Below are positions 11,863 through 22,794 of a DNA stretch of 35,113 nucleotides, piece after piece. Position 1 is the first letter of the stretch. Every line of letters starts with the position of its first letter. The DNA is from Octopus bimaculoides (taxonomy: Eukaryota), in NCBI RefSeq assembly GCF_001194135.2, contig NC_069007.1, positions 10,804,330-10,839,442 of the forward strand, in the 5' to 3' direction. The position numbers and the translations under genes were made by a program. Under the pieces are notes generated by a model that saw only the letters and a program-made list of their open reading frames with translations, was not told where the DNA came from and ran no database searches.

Positions 11863-13049
11863 TGATATGGGTTGATGATAATGGTAGATGAGTGCTCAAT
11901 GCCTTGGTCCAGCTCTTTGTCATTTTTAGATCAATGATTAGGCTGAAGTCTTGACAGTCTCTTGTGAAACTGTCCACGAGACATTGCAGCTGCACCACTA
12001 AGTATATTGCATTCACCCACCACACTTCCTCTGCTTCTTTCTCACTGACCTCTTCCTACAGCCTTTCTATTAGGGGTGCTTCCTCTGCACTCATATCACT
12101 TGCTTCTTATCTCTATGGCACATTCCAACCTCTTTTTCTATCATAACACTTATTGCATTCACTTTCAATTTCTTTCATCCTCCACCATTCTTCTCCCCTA
12201 CATCTTTGCTTCCTCAACATTATTTCTAAGTAAAGATTTTACTGCTGACATTTTATATCTGGATAGATGTTCACTGTCTTCAAGGAAGTATGTTCATTTA
12301 TTAGTATGTAGTGGCAGCATGACAGCTTGTGAACTTTAGCTGCCCACATTGTAGCTTTTTACTTTTGACTGCCCATTTTGGTTCAACACATGATGGTCGG
12401 ATCCATTCAGCTGTACTTGGACTGCCCACATCTTTAACACGATGGACTGGCCTGGCATCTGTTCGTCAGTTATAAAATGGGAAGTTCTAGCTTGTTAAGT
12501 CACCAGGGAGGAGAAGTTTTGCTACGAAAAGCCAGGGACCTTGATGTGAAAACAGTCTGATTTCAAGTTGCAGTCTGAACAGATTTCAAACCAGAATCTT
12601 TGAAATTAAGCTTAGCATTTCTACCAACCTCTGAATAGAAGTAACCAGAATTATTGTGACGCTGTATTCAGGTTTCTCTTTAACCTTTATTCTACATTTT
12701 GATGAACGTTTAAATATTTATAATGTTTTAACAATTGAAATGTCTTACCAGTTTGCTTTATAAAATTTCTGCAGTTGTAATAAATGTTTCCTTGCAGCCT
12801 AATATAATTTGTCTCTGAATTCACTTATTATTACCCATCCTGAATTCATTTAACAGACTTTACTGCAATTCATACAAATAATACTGCTTTAAATGTAATT
12901 GGTACCCAAAAATGATGTGCCTGTCCTTTTCTTTGTGGATGTTTGTATCTAGAAATGAAATCATATTGTATTATTTGGGATGATGATGGCGACGACGACG
13001 ATAACAATGACGACGACGATGATGACGACGACTACCACCACCACCACCA

Positions 13050-13800
13050 CCATCATCATCATCATTTAACGTCCATTGTCCATGCTGGCATGGGTTGGAC
13101 GGTTTAACCAGGGATGACCAACTGGAAAGCTGCACCAGACTCCAGTCTGATTTGGCATGGTTTCTACAGCTGGATACCCTTCCTAACACCAACCACTCTG
13201 AGAGTGCAATGGGTGCTTTTACAGGCCACCAACATGGGTGCCATTTGCATGACACCAGTATCTGCCACGACTATGGTTTTACTTGGCTTGATGGAGCTTC
13301 TTCTCAGGCATGGCATAATGCCAAAAGTCTTGGTCATTCATCATTGCATCTGTGAAGCCCAACACTCAAAAGCTGCATTTCATGTGCCACTGGCATTGGC
13401 CTTCTTGTCCCCAAAATTCAAAGATCATGCTTCACCACCTCGTCCCATGTCTTCTTGGGTCTACCTCTACCACAGGTTGCCTCCACAGTTAGAGATCAGC
13501 ACTTCTTTACACAGCTATCCTAATCCATACACATCACATGACCATACCAGCACAGATGTCACTCTTGCACACCACATCTAATGCTTCTTATGCCCAACTT
13601 TTCTCTCAAGATGCTTACACATTGTCATACATGGACACTGACTTTGCACATCCAGCGAAACATACTGGCCTTGTTTCTTTCAAGCTTATGTATGTCCTCG
13701 GCTGTCACAGCCCATGTTTCACTGCCATGTAGCATAGCTCTTTGCACACAGGCATCATTCAATCTGCCATTAAACTCTGGCCATGCTGGGACACTACCTT
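13050..13800 (-). mobile_element. 5'-truncated RTE-clade LINE (end of ORF2 + 3' UTR + GAT tail)
   Basis: GRLNDACVQRAMLHGSETWAVTAEDIHKLERNKASMFRWMC...LCWYGHV...GRGRPKKTWDEVVKHDL, then DQDFWHYAMPEKKLHQAK*, UTR and tail; stops present. Confidence 0.9.
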
Positions 13801-13861
13801 GAAAAATTTTGCTCAACTGAATCAACTCCAGTACTTGCTTTTCAAAAGCCTGCCACTTATC

Positions 13862-14090
13862 ATATCAGTTCCTTTTGCTGAACTGTTAAGTTACAGGGAT
13901 GTAAACAAACCAACAGTTGTTGTCAAGCAGTGGTGGGGGGAAACACAAACACAAAGACACACACAAACTTCTTCAGTTTCCCTCAACCAAATATGCTCAC
14001 AAGACACTTGCCCAAGGTGCCATGCAGTGGGACTGAACCCTGAACCATGTGGTAGTAAAGCAACTTCTTACTACACAGCCATGCCTTCTT
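13862..14090 (-). mobile_element. SINE family A, partial
   Basis: TGTTAAGTTACAGGGATGTAAAC...CTTGCCCAAGGTGCCATGCAGTGGGACTGAACCC. Confidence 0.8.
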
Positions 14091-14325
14091 CTATTTAGTT
14101 TTATCATTTTATGGTTTTAGTATTTTCTTTTCTCTCCTTGTTCAACTTATTTTCATTTTCCTAATTTCGATTGTAATTCAATTACTACTGTATCACAGTC
14201 TGAGCTGATATCTGCTGCTGGCTATGCTTGTTTGAGTTTCAGTTTTTAAACCATTGGTTTATCCACATATGGTCTGTCTGCATTTAGTCAATGACAAAGG
14301 AGTGAATGTAAAGAAACCAGAATCA

Positions 14326-14700
14326 CCTTTTGAGCGTTGGGCCTTATGGAGACAAAGTGGCTGAGTTCCTTTCGAATGTTGGGCCTCACGGAGGCAAAGT
14401 GGCTGAGTTCCTTTCAAGTATTGGGCCTCAGGTAGGCAAAGTGGCTGAGTTCCTTTCGAGTGTTGGACCTCACATAGGTAAGCTGAGCAAAATCACAGTT
14501 GTGGCAGATACTGGTGTCATGCAAATGGCACCTGTGCCATTACTCTGAGAGTGGTTGGTGTAAAGAAAGGCATCCAGCCATAGAAAACCATGCCAAATCA
14601 GACTGGAGTCTGGAGCAGCTCCTCAGCTTACCAGCCCCATTCAAACTGTCCATCCCATGCCAGCATGGACAACAGACATTAAATGATGATGATGATGATG
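14326..14700 (+). mobile_element. RTE 3' end whose first part is a 42-bp tandem repeat (~3.7 copies, 14326-14483)
   Basis: Units start at 14326, 14368, 14410 and 14452, followed by the RTE 3' UTR and (GAT)n. Confidence 0.8.
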
Positions 14701-14821
14701 AATTAACGGCAGTCAGCAAGAAACAACAGTCATCCAAATAAATGTTATTACTGAGTGACAGCGAGTCAAATAGAAGTTTTTCAACACACACATACACACA
14801 CACATCATATCAAAGTATTGT

Positions 14822-14985
14822 ACAGTTTTTCTCCATTTTTTTCATCATATTCCTTTCTGTCAAAGAGTGTAGGCTCGAAATGTAAAAGACATTTGCATTC
14901 TTCCTGAGCATTAAACTAATACACCTGCTTGTTGTTCCTACACTTGTCTTTCTCTTTTATTTTTCTATAAATTTGAACTATATAT
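14822..14985 (+). mobile_element. Penelope-like terminal repeat fragment with decayed hammerhead-like motif (14853-14888)
   Basis: CTTT-CTGTCAA-AGAGTGTAGGCTC-GAAA-TG-TA-AAAG; same family as 34866-35050. Confidence 0.55.
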
Positions 14986-15545
14986 CATCATCATCATCAT
15001 CGTCGTTTAACGTCTGCTTTCAATGCTGGCATGGGTTGGACGGTTTGACTGAGGGCTGACAAGCCAGAAGGCTGCGGCAGGCTCCAATTTCATCTGGCAA
15101 AGTTTCTACAGCTGGATGCCCTTCCTAATGCCAACCACTCTGAGAGTGTAGTGGGTGCTTTTTATGTGCCACTGGCACGAGGGCCAGTCAGGTGGTACTG
15201 GCATCAACCACGCTTGAATGGTGCTTTGTAAGTGCCACTGGCATGGGACCAGCCAGCCGGCATTGACATCGACCATGCTCAAATGGTGCTTTTTTATGTG
15301 CCACCAGCACGGGTGCCAATCAGGCGGTACTGTCATCGGCCACGACAATGACTTCACTTGACTCAACAGGTCTTTGCAAGTGCAATTTATTACCCAATGA
15401 TTGAAGGGTACTCTTAGATGGGTTGGTTATGCTGCACTGGTATAGGTCACGGTTACTGTGTCACTTGGCTTGCTGGGTCTTCTCAAGCACAGCATATCTC
15501 CAAAGGTGTTGGTCACTTGTCATTGCCTCCTTGAGGCCCGACATT
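14986..15545 (-). mobile_element. RTE 3' end with ~60-bp internal UTR repeats
   Basis: ORF2 end GLKEAMTSDQHLWRYAVLEKTQQAK*; three GTGCC..GGCAC..AAAGCACC units; GAT tail. Confidence 0.85.
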
Positions 15546-15561
15546 GTGCAGTTTATAATTC

Positions 15562-15666
15562 TTTTATTCTTTTACTGGTTTCAGTCATTTGACTGTGGCC
15601 ATGCAGAAGCACCGGCTTTAGTCAGACAAATCAGCCCAAGGGCTGATTCTTTATAAGCCTAGTACT

Positions 15667-15668
<2 letters not shown>
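15562..15668 (-). mobile_element. SINE family A, 3' fragment
   Basis: TTTCAGTCATTTGACTGTGGCCATGC...GCCTAGTACTTA. Confidence 0.75.
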
Positions 15669-15703
<35 letters not shown>

Positions 15704-16074
15704 ATTATATGTATTTCTTCTATCTTAATGAATAATAATTCTTCGGATAGAATAAATGGGTTAATAGAAACCAATGTAGCAAAGAACACAAAATAACTTT
15801 GGTGTTNNNNNNNNNNNNNNNNNNNNNNNNNNNNNNNNNNNNNNNNNNNNNNNNNNNNNNNNNNNNNNNNNNNNNNNNNNNNNNNNNNNNNNNNNNNNNN
15901 NNNNNNNNNNNNNNNNNNNNNNNNNNNNNNNNNNNNNNNNNNNNNNNNNNNNNNNNNNNNNNNNNNNNNNNNNNNNNNNNNNNNNNNNNNNNNNNNNNNN
16001 NNNNNNNNNNNNNNNNNNNNNNNNNNNNNNNNNNNNNNNNNNNNNNNNNNNNNNNNNNNNNNNNTATATATATA

Positions 16075-16308
16075 TATTTTGGGTTGTTCGGAAAGTTTGT
16101 GCCGATTTTTAAAGGAAAGAAAAAGGTCAATAAATACTTGCCATTACGTTTTTAATCACCCAAATATGAACCATTTTGTTGCACAATGCGTCTCCATCTT
16201 TCCTTTAACTGGAAAATACCCTCTTCCCAGAATTGAGGTAGTTTCATGGCAAATAAGTCGAAAGGTAAGCTACTATAAATCGGCACAAACTTTCCGGACA
16301 ACCCAATA
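16075..16308 (-). mobile_element. Mariner MITE (TIRs + transposase C-terminus)
   Basis: ~32-bp TIRs (T)ATTTGGGTTGTTCGGAAAGTTTGTGCCGATTT / AAATCGGCACAAACTTTCCGGACAACCCAATA in (TA)n; minus strand encodes KLKERWRRIVQQNGSY. Confidence 0.9.
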
Positions 16309-16327
16309 TATATATATATATATATAT

Positions 16328-16495
16328 ACAATGGGCTTCTTTCAGTTTCCCTCTACCAAATCTTCTCACAAGAGTTTGGTCAGCCCGAGGTTTATAGTAG
16401 AAGATATTTGCCCAAGGTACCACACAGTGGGACTGAAACCAGATTCATGTGAATGTGAACCACATTTCTTACCACACAACCACGTCTGCACCTAT
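16328..16495 (-). mobile_element. SINE family A, 5' half
   Basis: GGGCTTCTTTCAGTTTCC...TTTGCCCAAGGTACCACACAGTGGGACTGAAACC. Confidence 0.8.
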
Positions 16496-16949
16496 AATCT
16501 TATCAACGTATTGTGTATATAAGCTATACAGTACAAATATAGAATAGACAATGTGCTTCACTTAGTTTTAAGAAATAAATTGTTTAGCACGTTGATATTT
16601 CACCGAATCTGCCCAGACCATAGAATTGTAATTCTATGGTCTTCAGACTTTCCTTCAGGGTCTGATGTCTCATTTAAGGTGGTCATATAGCCAGCCATTT
16701 TAACCTGTTTTATACTGTAACTTTCATGTGATTATCTGCAAGGAGATTGTCATCAGAAATGTGATGTCAGTAGAGATAAATTCTTCCAACGAGGACTGAA
16801 CTTTGTCAAAACCTTCATCTGTTTAACAGCCTGGATGTTGATATGGCAGCAATATTAATTCCATTTTTACTTCTCTTCCCCTGTTTTTATAAACATAAAT
16901 GTGTATTGAAGTGAAAAAGTTGGGGAATCATATCAAAGAATGGTGCAGT

Positions 16950-17552
16950 TTATAATTCTTTTATCCTTTCACTAGTTTCAGTCGTTTGACTGTGGCCATG
17001 CTGGAGCACCACCTTTAGTTGAACAAACCAGCTCCAGGACTTATACTTTGTGAGCTGAGTACTTATTCTATCGGTCTCTTTTGATGAACTGCTAAGATAT
17101 GGGGATGTAAACACACCAACATCGGTTGTCAAGCGATGTTGGGGGACAAACACAGGCACATGCACATATGGGTACAGGACGTCACCAACGGTGCAAATAA
17201 CATGAAATATGTAAACAAACGAGGAAAAAATGAGTGAAATATGTAAACAATGAGGTTTTCCCTCGTTTGTTTACGTATTTCATGTTATTTGCACCATTGG
17301 TGACGTCCTGTACCCATATATGCATATNNNNNNNNNNNNNNNNNNNNNNNNNNNNNNNNNNNNNNNNNNNNNNNNNNNNNNNNNNNNNNNNNNNNNNNNN
17401 NNNNNNNNNNNNNNNNNNNNNNNNNNNNNNNNNNNNNNNNNNNNNNNNNNNNNNNNNNNNNNNNNNNNNNNNNNNNNNNNNNNNATATATATATATATAT
17501 GTATATGTTATATATTATTTATTATTCAATTGAATGTGACATCCATTTCCAA

Positions 17553-17591
<39 letters not shown>

Positions 17592-17752
17592 AATACACAC
17601 ACACACACACATATATGAAGGGCTTCTTTCAGTTTCCGTCTACCAAATCCACTCATAAGGCTTTGGTCGGCCCAAGGTGCCATGCAGTGGGACTGAACCC
17701 GGAACCATGTGGTTGGGAAGCAAGCTTCTTACCACACCACCATGCCTGCACC
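16950..17752 (-). mobile_element. SINE family A interrupted in its central microsatellite by a foldback and a gap
   Basis: 3' block 16950-17160, head 17615-17752. Confidence 0.75.
17166..17319. mobile_element. Foldback element, ~63-bp arms
   Basis: ATATGGGTACAGGACGTCACC...GAGGAAAA and its inverse; 2 mismatches and 1 indel; 27-nt spacer. Confidence 0.85.
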
Positions 17753-17994
17753 TGTTACCACACAGCCACAAAGAATTTTTAAAAATCCATGCAGTATGTG
17801 CTTGCATTTTAAATAATATTTTTGTTTAAAAAATTTACCGTAAAACTAGTATCAAATAACACATGTCAACTCATACTGAAACAGAGGTATTATGTTAATC
17901 AAAAAACATCTGAAAGAAACCATGAAAATGTGTAAGATGAATACATAGAAATACAAGTTAGGATATCAATAATTATAAAGCAATATTAACCATA

Positions 17995-18332
17995 ATCATC
18001 ATCATCATCATCCAGTGTTTTAAATCCACGTTTTGTCCCCATTAACAGGGGTCGCTGGATCTACCTCAATGCCATAGCAACTGAGGAAGGCAGGTGCAGC
18101 CCACCCCAACATTTGGGCTAACTGGTGCCCATTTCCTTTTGCTATCATGAGGCTTTTTTGGAGCTGGATTTTCTACAGGGAGCATGCCATTGCTTACCCC
18201 CCAACCTCAGTTTCTAGACATGAGTGGTCCCAAGACCAAGGCCTCTACCAAAATTTTTAAGAAATGTGGTGGAAAACTAGCTCAGGAAGGCAGGGATGCT
18301 ATTCCCTAAGACCCCTTTCAGAGCCCCCCTAC
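17995..18332 (-). mobile_element. ~340-bp non-autonomous retroelement-like repeat with (GAT)n tail, copy 1
   Basis: Direct repeat of 19160-19500 (~85% identity by eye); begins on + with (CAT)n. Confidence 0.7.
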
Positions 18333-18348
18333 CTATTATATATATATA

Positions 18349-19150
18349 CTCTTTTACTTGTTTCAGTCATTTGACTGCGGCCATGCTGGAGCACCACCTT
18401 TAGCCGAAGAAATTGACCCCAGGACTTATTCTTTGTAAGCCTAGTACTTATTCTATCGGTCTCCTTTGCCGAACCACTAAGTTAAGGGGACGTAAACACA
18501 CCAGCATCAGTTGTCCAGCGATGTTGGGGGTCAAAACAGACACACAAACATATACACACACATANNNNNNNNNNNNNNNNNNNNNNNNNNNNNNNNNNNN
18601 NNNNNNNNNNNNNNNNNNNNNNNNNNNNNNNNNNNNNNNNNNNNNNNNNNNNNNNNNNNNNNNNNNNNNNNNNNNNNNNNNNNNNNNNNNNNNNNNNNNN
18701 NNNNNNNNNNNNNNNNNNNNNNNNNNNNNNNNNNNNNNNNNNNNNNNNNNNNNNNNNNNNNNNNNNNNNNNNNNNNNNNNNNNNNNNNNNNNNNNNNNNN
18801 NNNNNNNNNNNNNNNNNNNNNNNNNNNNNNNNNNNNNNNNNNNNNNNNNNNNNNNNNNNNNNNNNNNNNNNNNNNNNNNNNNNNNNNNNNNNNNNNNNNN
18901 NNNNNNNNNNNNNNNNNNNNNNNNNNNNNNNNNNNNNNNNNNNNNNNNNNNNNNNNNNNNTATATATATATATATATATGTATATACATATATACGATGG
19001 GCTTCTTTCAGTTTCTGTCTGCCAAATCTACTCACAAGGCTTTAGTCAGCCCGAGGCTATAGCAGAAGCCACTTACCCAAGGTGCCACACAGTGGGACTG
19101 AACCCAGAACCATGTGGTTGGTAAGCAAGCTACTTACCACACAGCCACTC
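18349..19150 (-). mobile_element. SINE family A spanning a 396-N gap in its central microsatellite
   Basis: 3' block 18349-18560, head 18995-19150. Confidence 0.85.
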
Positions 19151-19159
19151 CAATATATA

Positions 19160-19500
19160 TTATCATCATCAGCATCATCATCCAGTGTTTTAAATCAGGG
19201 TTTTGTCCCCATTAATGGAGGTGGCCGGATCTACCTCAATGCCATAGCAACCGGGGTAGGCTTGTGCAGCCTACTCCAACCTTTGGGCTGACCTGTGCCC
19301 GTTCTCCTTTGCTATCATGAGGCTTTTTTGGAGCTGGATTTTCTATGGAGAGCATGCACTTGCTTATCCCCAACCTCAGTTTCTAGACATGAGTGGTCCT
19401 GAGACCAAGGCCTCCACCACGATTTTTTAGAAATGTGGTGGAAAACTAGCTCAAAAAGGCAGGGATGCTACTCCTTGAGACCCCTTTAGGAGTTCCCCTA
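19160..19500 (-). mobile_element. ~340-bp repeat, copy 2
   Basis: Aligns end to end with 17995-18332. Confidence 0.7.
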
Positions 19501-19734
19501 CACATTAATATAGATTAAAAATATATACTGAAATGTTCGGGTTACATTAGTAATATGTATGTAAACTACATACTGTTACTTAAAGCAATTTAGTATATGC
19601 TGAATCAAGGTTATTCTTATCAATATTTTAACAATTTTGCAACCTGGCAGGTAGTCTTCATATCTTGGACAAATATCTTCTGCTACGGTGTTAAGCTCAT
19701 GGATACCTTGCAAATGAAATTTGATAGATGTAAA

Positions 19735-19985
19735 CTGGTGAAAGCCTGATGTGTATTTGTGTGCGTGTGTGTGTGTGTATGCATGTCGAAGTTATTGTTT
19801 ACACTGCTTAACAACCGATGTTGTTTATGCCCCACTAACTGAAGGTTTAAACAAACAGTGATTGATAAAATAAATACAACCGAAATCAGTGTTAGGATTG
19901 ACATAACCAACCCAAAAAACCCTTGAAGGTGGTGCCATAGCATTGCCTGCAGCCATCGATTGAAGACAGTAAAAGAATAAAGAAC
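19735..19985 (+). mobile_element. Diverged SINE family A relative, 3' portion
   Basis: (TG)n, ACAACCGATG, AAGGTGGTGCCATAGCAT, AGTAAAAGAATAAAGA terminus. Confidence 0.55.
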
Positions 19986-20019
19986 ACATAGACACACACA
20001 TATATATATATATACATAC

Positions 20020-20058
<39 letters not shown>

Positions 20059-20531
20059 NNNNNNNNNNNNNNNNNNNNNNNNNNNNNNNNNNNNNNNNNN
20101 NNNNNNNNNNNNNNNNNNNNNNNNNNNNNNNNNNNNNNNNNNNNNNNNNNNNNNNNNNNNNNNNNNNNNNNNNNNNNNNNNNNNNNNNNNNNNNNNNNNN
20201 NNNNNNNNNNNNNNNNNNNNNNNNNNNNNNNNNNNNNNNNNNNNNNNNNNNNNNNNNNNNNNNNNNNNNNNNNNNNNNNNNNNNNNNNNNNNNNNNNNNN
20301 NNNNNNNNNNNNNNNNNNNNNNNNNNNNNNNNNNNNNNNNNNNNNNNNNNNNNNNNNNNNNNNNNNNNNNNNNNNNNNNNNNNNNNNNNNNNNNNNNNNN
20401 NNNNNNNNNNNNNNNNNNNNNNNNNNNNNNNNNNNNNNNNNNNNNNNNNNNNNNNNNNNNNNNNNNNNNNNNNNNNNNNNNNNNNNNNNNNNNNNNNNNN
20501 NNNNNNNNNNNNNNNNNNNNNNNNNNNNNNN

Positions 20532-20587
<56 letters not shown>

Positions 20588-21434
20588 ATATAATGGAAAT
20601 ATCAATTTCCACTGCTCTACACATGGCGTTAGATACATTTCAAGTCATCACCTTCCTACTCATTAATCAAAACCAATATTATCAGTAAAGTTCTTTCTTC
20701 CTTTGATTTGGACTTTTTCCTTTCTTCCCTTTGCCAAAATGACTTTTATGTACTCAGTCTTAGAACAGCACCAATCTCCACAAATTCCTGTAATTATATT
20801 CATCTACGAAGAAGAAAAAAAAATCCCTTCTTGGCTCAAATACTAAACATAGACTGGTGTGTGAGTGTAATGGGTAACCTTTAAACCAGACCATTAGTTG
20901 ATCAAATAAAGATCTTTTATTTGAAGCTCTACAGTCTAAAAGTCGTGTATGTAAGTAATTTTCTGTGTGTGGATGTGTGTATATATCATGTTTGTATGTG
21001 TGGGAGTAAGTTTGTATGCTTGTGTGTGTGTGTGTATGTGTGGGCAGTTTCTGTTTGGACGACGTAGCATGTTTCTGCATGTATGTTTTTGTGTGCGAAT
21101 GTTTGTATTTGCTTGTTCAAGTGTGGGTGTTTGAATCTATGTGGATCTGTGTGTCTGTGTGTGTTTCTTTGCGTATGTATACGTATGTGTTTCTGTAAGC
21201 AAGTATATTTGTGTATGAGTAAGGTCATTGGTCCATTTTAGCCATCATGGGCTTGGCATGATAGAGCGCATGCATATGTGTGTTTATGTGTGTGAACTTT
21301 TGTTACCATGGTTACAGTATATGTGGTCTAATGTCAGTAATTTACAGATGGAATATAAAGACATTCACACGCACACAAACATACCTATACATGCATACAC
21401 ACATATACATGCCTGTGCATATACACACACACCT

Positions 21435-21822
21435 TCTTTTATTCATTTCAGTCATTTGACTGGGGTCATGCTGGAGCACTGCCTTTTTAGTCGAAGAAAT
21501 CGACCCCAGGATTTAATCTTTGTAAGCTTAGTACTTATTCTATAGGTCCCTTATGCTGAACTGCTAAGTTACACGGACGTAAACACACCAACATTGGTTG
21601 TCAAGTAATGGGGGTGGGGTGACAAACACAGACACAGAAACACACACAAATATATACATATATATATGACAGGCTTCTTTTCAGTTTCTGTCTACCAAAC
21701 TCACTCACAAGGCTTTGGTTGGCCCATGGCTATAGCAGAAGTCACTAGCCCAAGCTGCCGCACAGTGGGACTGAAACCAGAACCACATAGCTGAGAAGCA
21801 AGCTTCTTACCACACAGCTATT
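21435..21822 (-). mobile_element. SINE family A, near full length
   Basis: 3' block, central microsatellite, core and tRNA-like head all present. Confidence 0.85.
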
Positions 21823-22383
21823 CCTGTGTTTATATATGTTTTTTTTTTGTGTTTTGGACCGGAGAGAAGGGGCAGTGCCCATGACCCTTTAAAGGGCTTT
21901 CAAGACAACTGTGTAGAAGGGAAGAAGTTAACATCCATTTTTTCATACTAACATGTGTTGGACAGAAAGTTATTTGCAGCAGGATTTTATATGGCTGGAT
22001 GCTCTTCCTGTAACTAACCATTAAGAGGGAGACTAGTAATAATGTCAACATCATCACTGTTTTGCTCAGTCGCTGTCAAGCACAGAATCTGAACACCACA
22101 CACATTTGCACTCACTCAAGCATCATCACTGTCTAACACCAGCTCCACGCTGGCATATATTGGCTGTTTGACAGGAGCAGGTAAACCAGATGATTATTCA
22201 AAGCTTTATTTTCTGTTTCCTAATGCCAACCACTTTACAGTGTGTATTTGTTTTTTATATAATTATTATATACACAGTTAAGATTTTGATATATTCACAA
22301 GCGTGGCATAAGAAGGAAAAAAAGTGGAATATTTCCTTTGAGAATTGAACCATATATTTGTTGAGCTGTTCACTCTTGATAAC

Positions 22384-22606
22384 TATTGGGTTGACCGGAA
22401 AGTTCGTGCCGATTTTTAAAGGAAAGAAAAAGGTCAATAAATACTTGCCATTACATTTACCAAATGTGAAACATTTTGTTGCACAATGTCTCCATCTTTC
22501 CTTTAACTTGAAAATACCCTCTTCCCAGAATTGAGGTGGTTTCATGGCAAATAAGTCGAAAGGTAAGCTACTATAAACCGGCACGAACTTTCCGGACAAC
22601 CCAATA
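22384..22606 (-). mobile_element. Mariner MITE, second copy
   Basis: TIRs match 30/32 including TA; minus strand reads FAMKPPQFWEEGIFKLKERWR, typical of the mariner C-terminus. Confidence 0.9.
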
Positions 22607-22794
22607 TTACACACAAACACCACTATCAGCATCATTTATAATATTCACTTTTCCATGTTTACATGGGTCATATGTTGGACCAGCGTTTTCAATGGCTGGA
22701 TGCTTTTCCTGACCACAACATGTCAATACACATCAAGAAACCCATATATGCTTTTGTGGTGGACTGTAAGCTAATGACACTGTCTGCATGAATG

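Noticed and set aside
18227-18239. GGTCCCAAGACC resembling a twister L4 motif
   Set aside because: The second copy reads GGTCCTGAGACC, other twister elements are absent, and it is antisense to the element.
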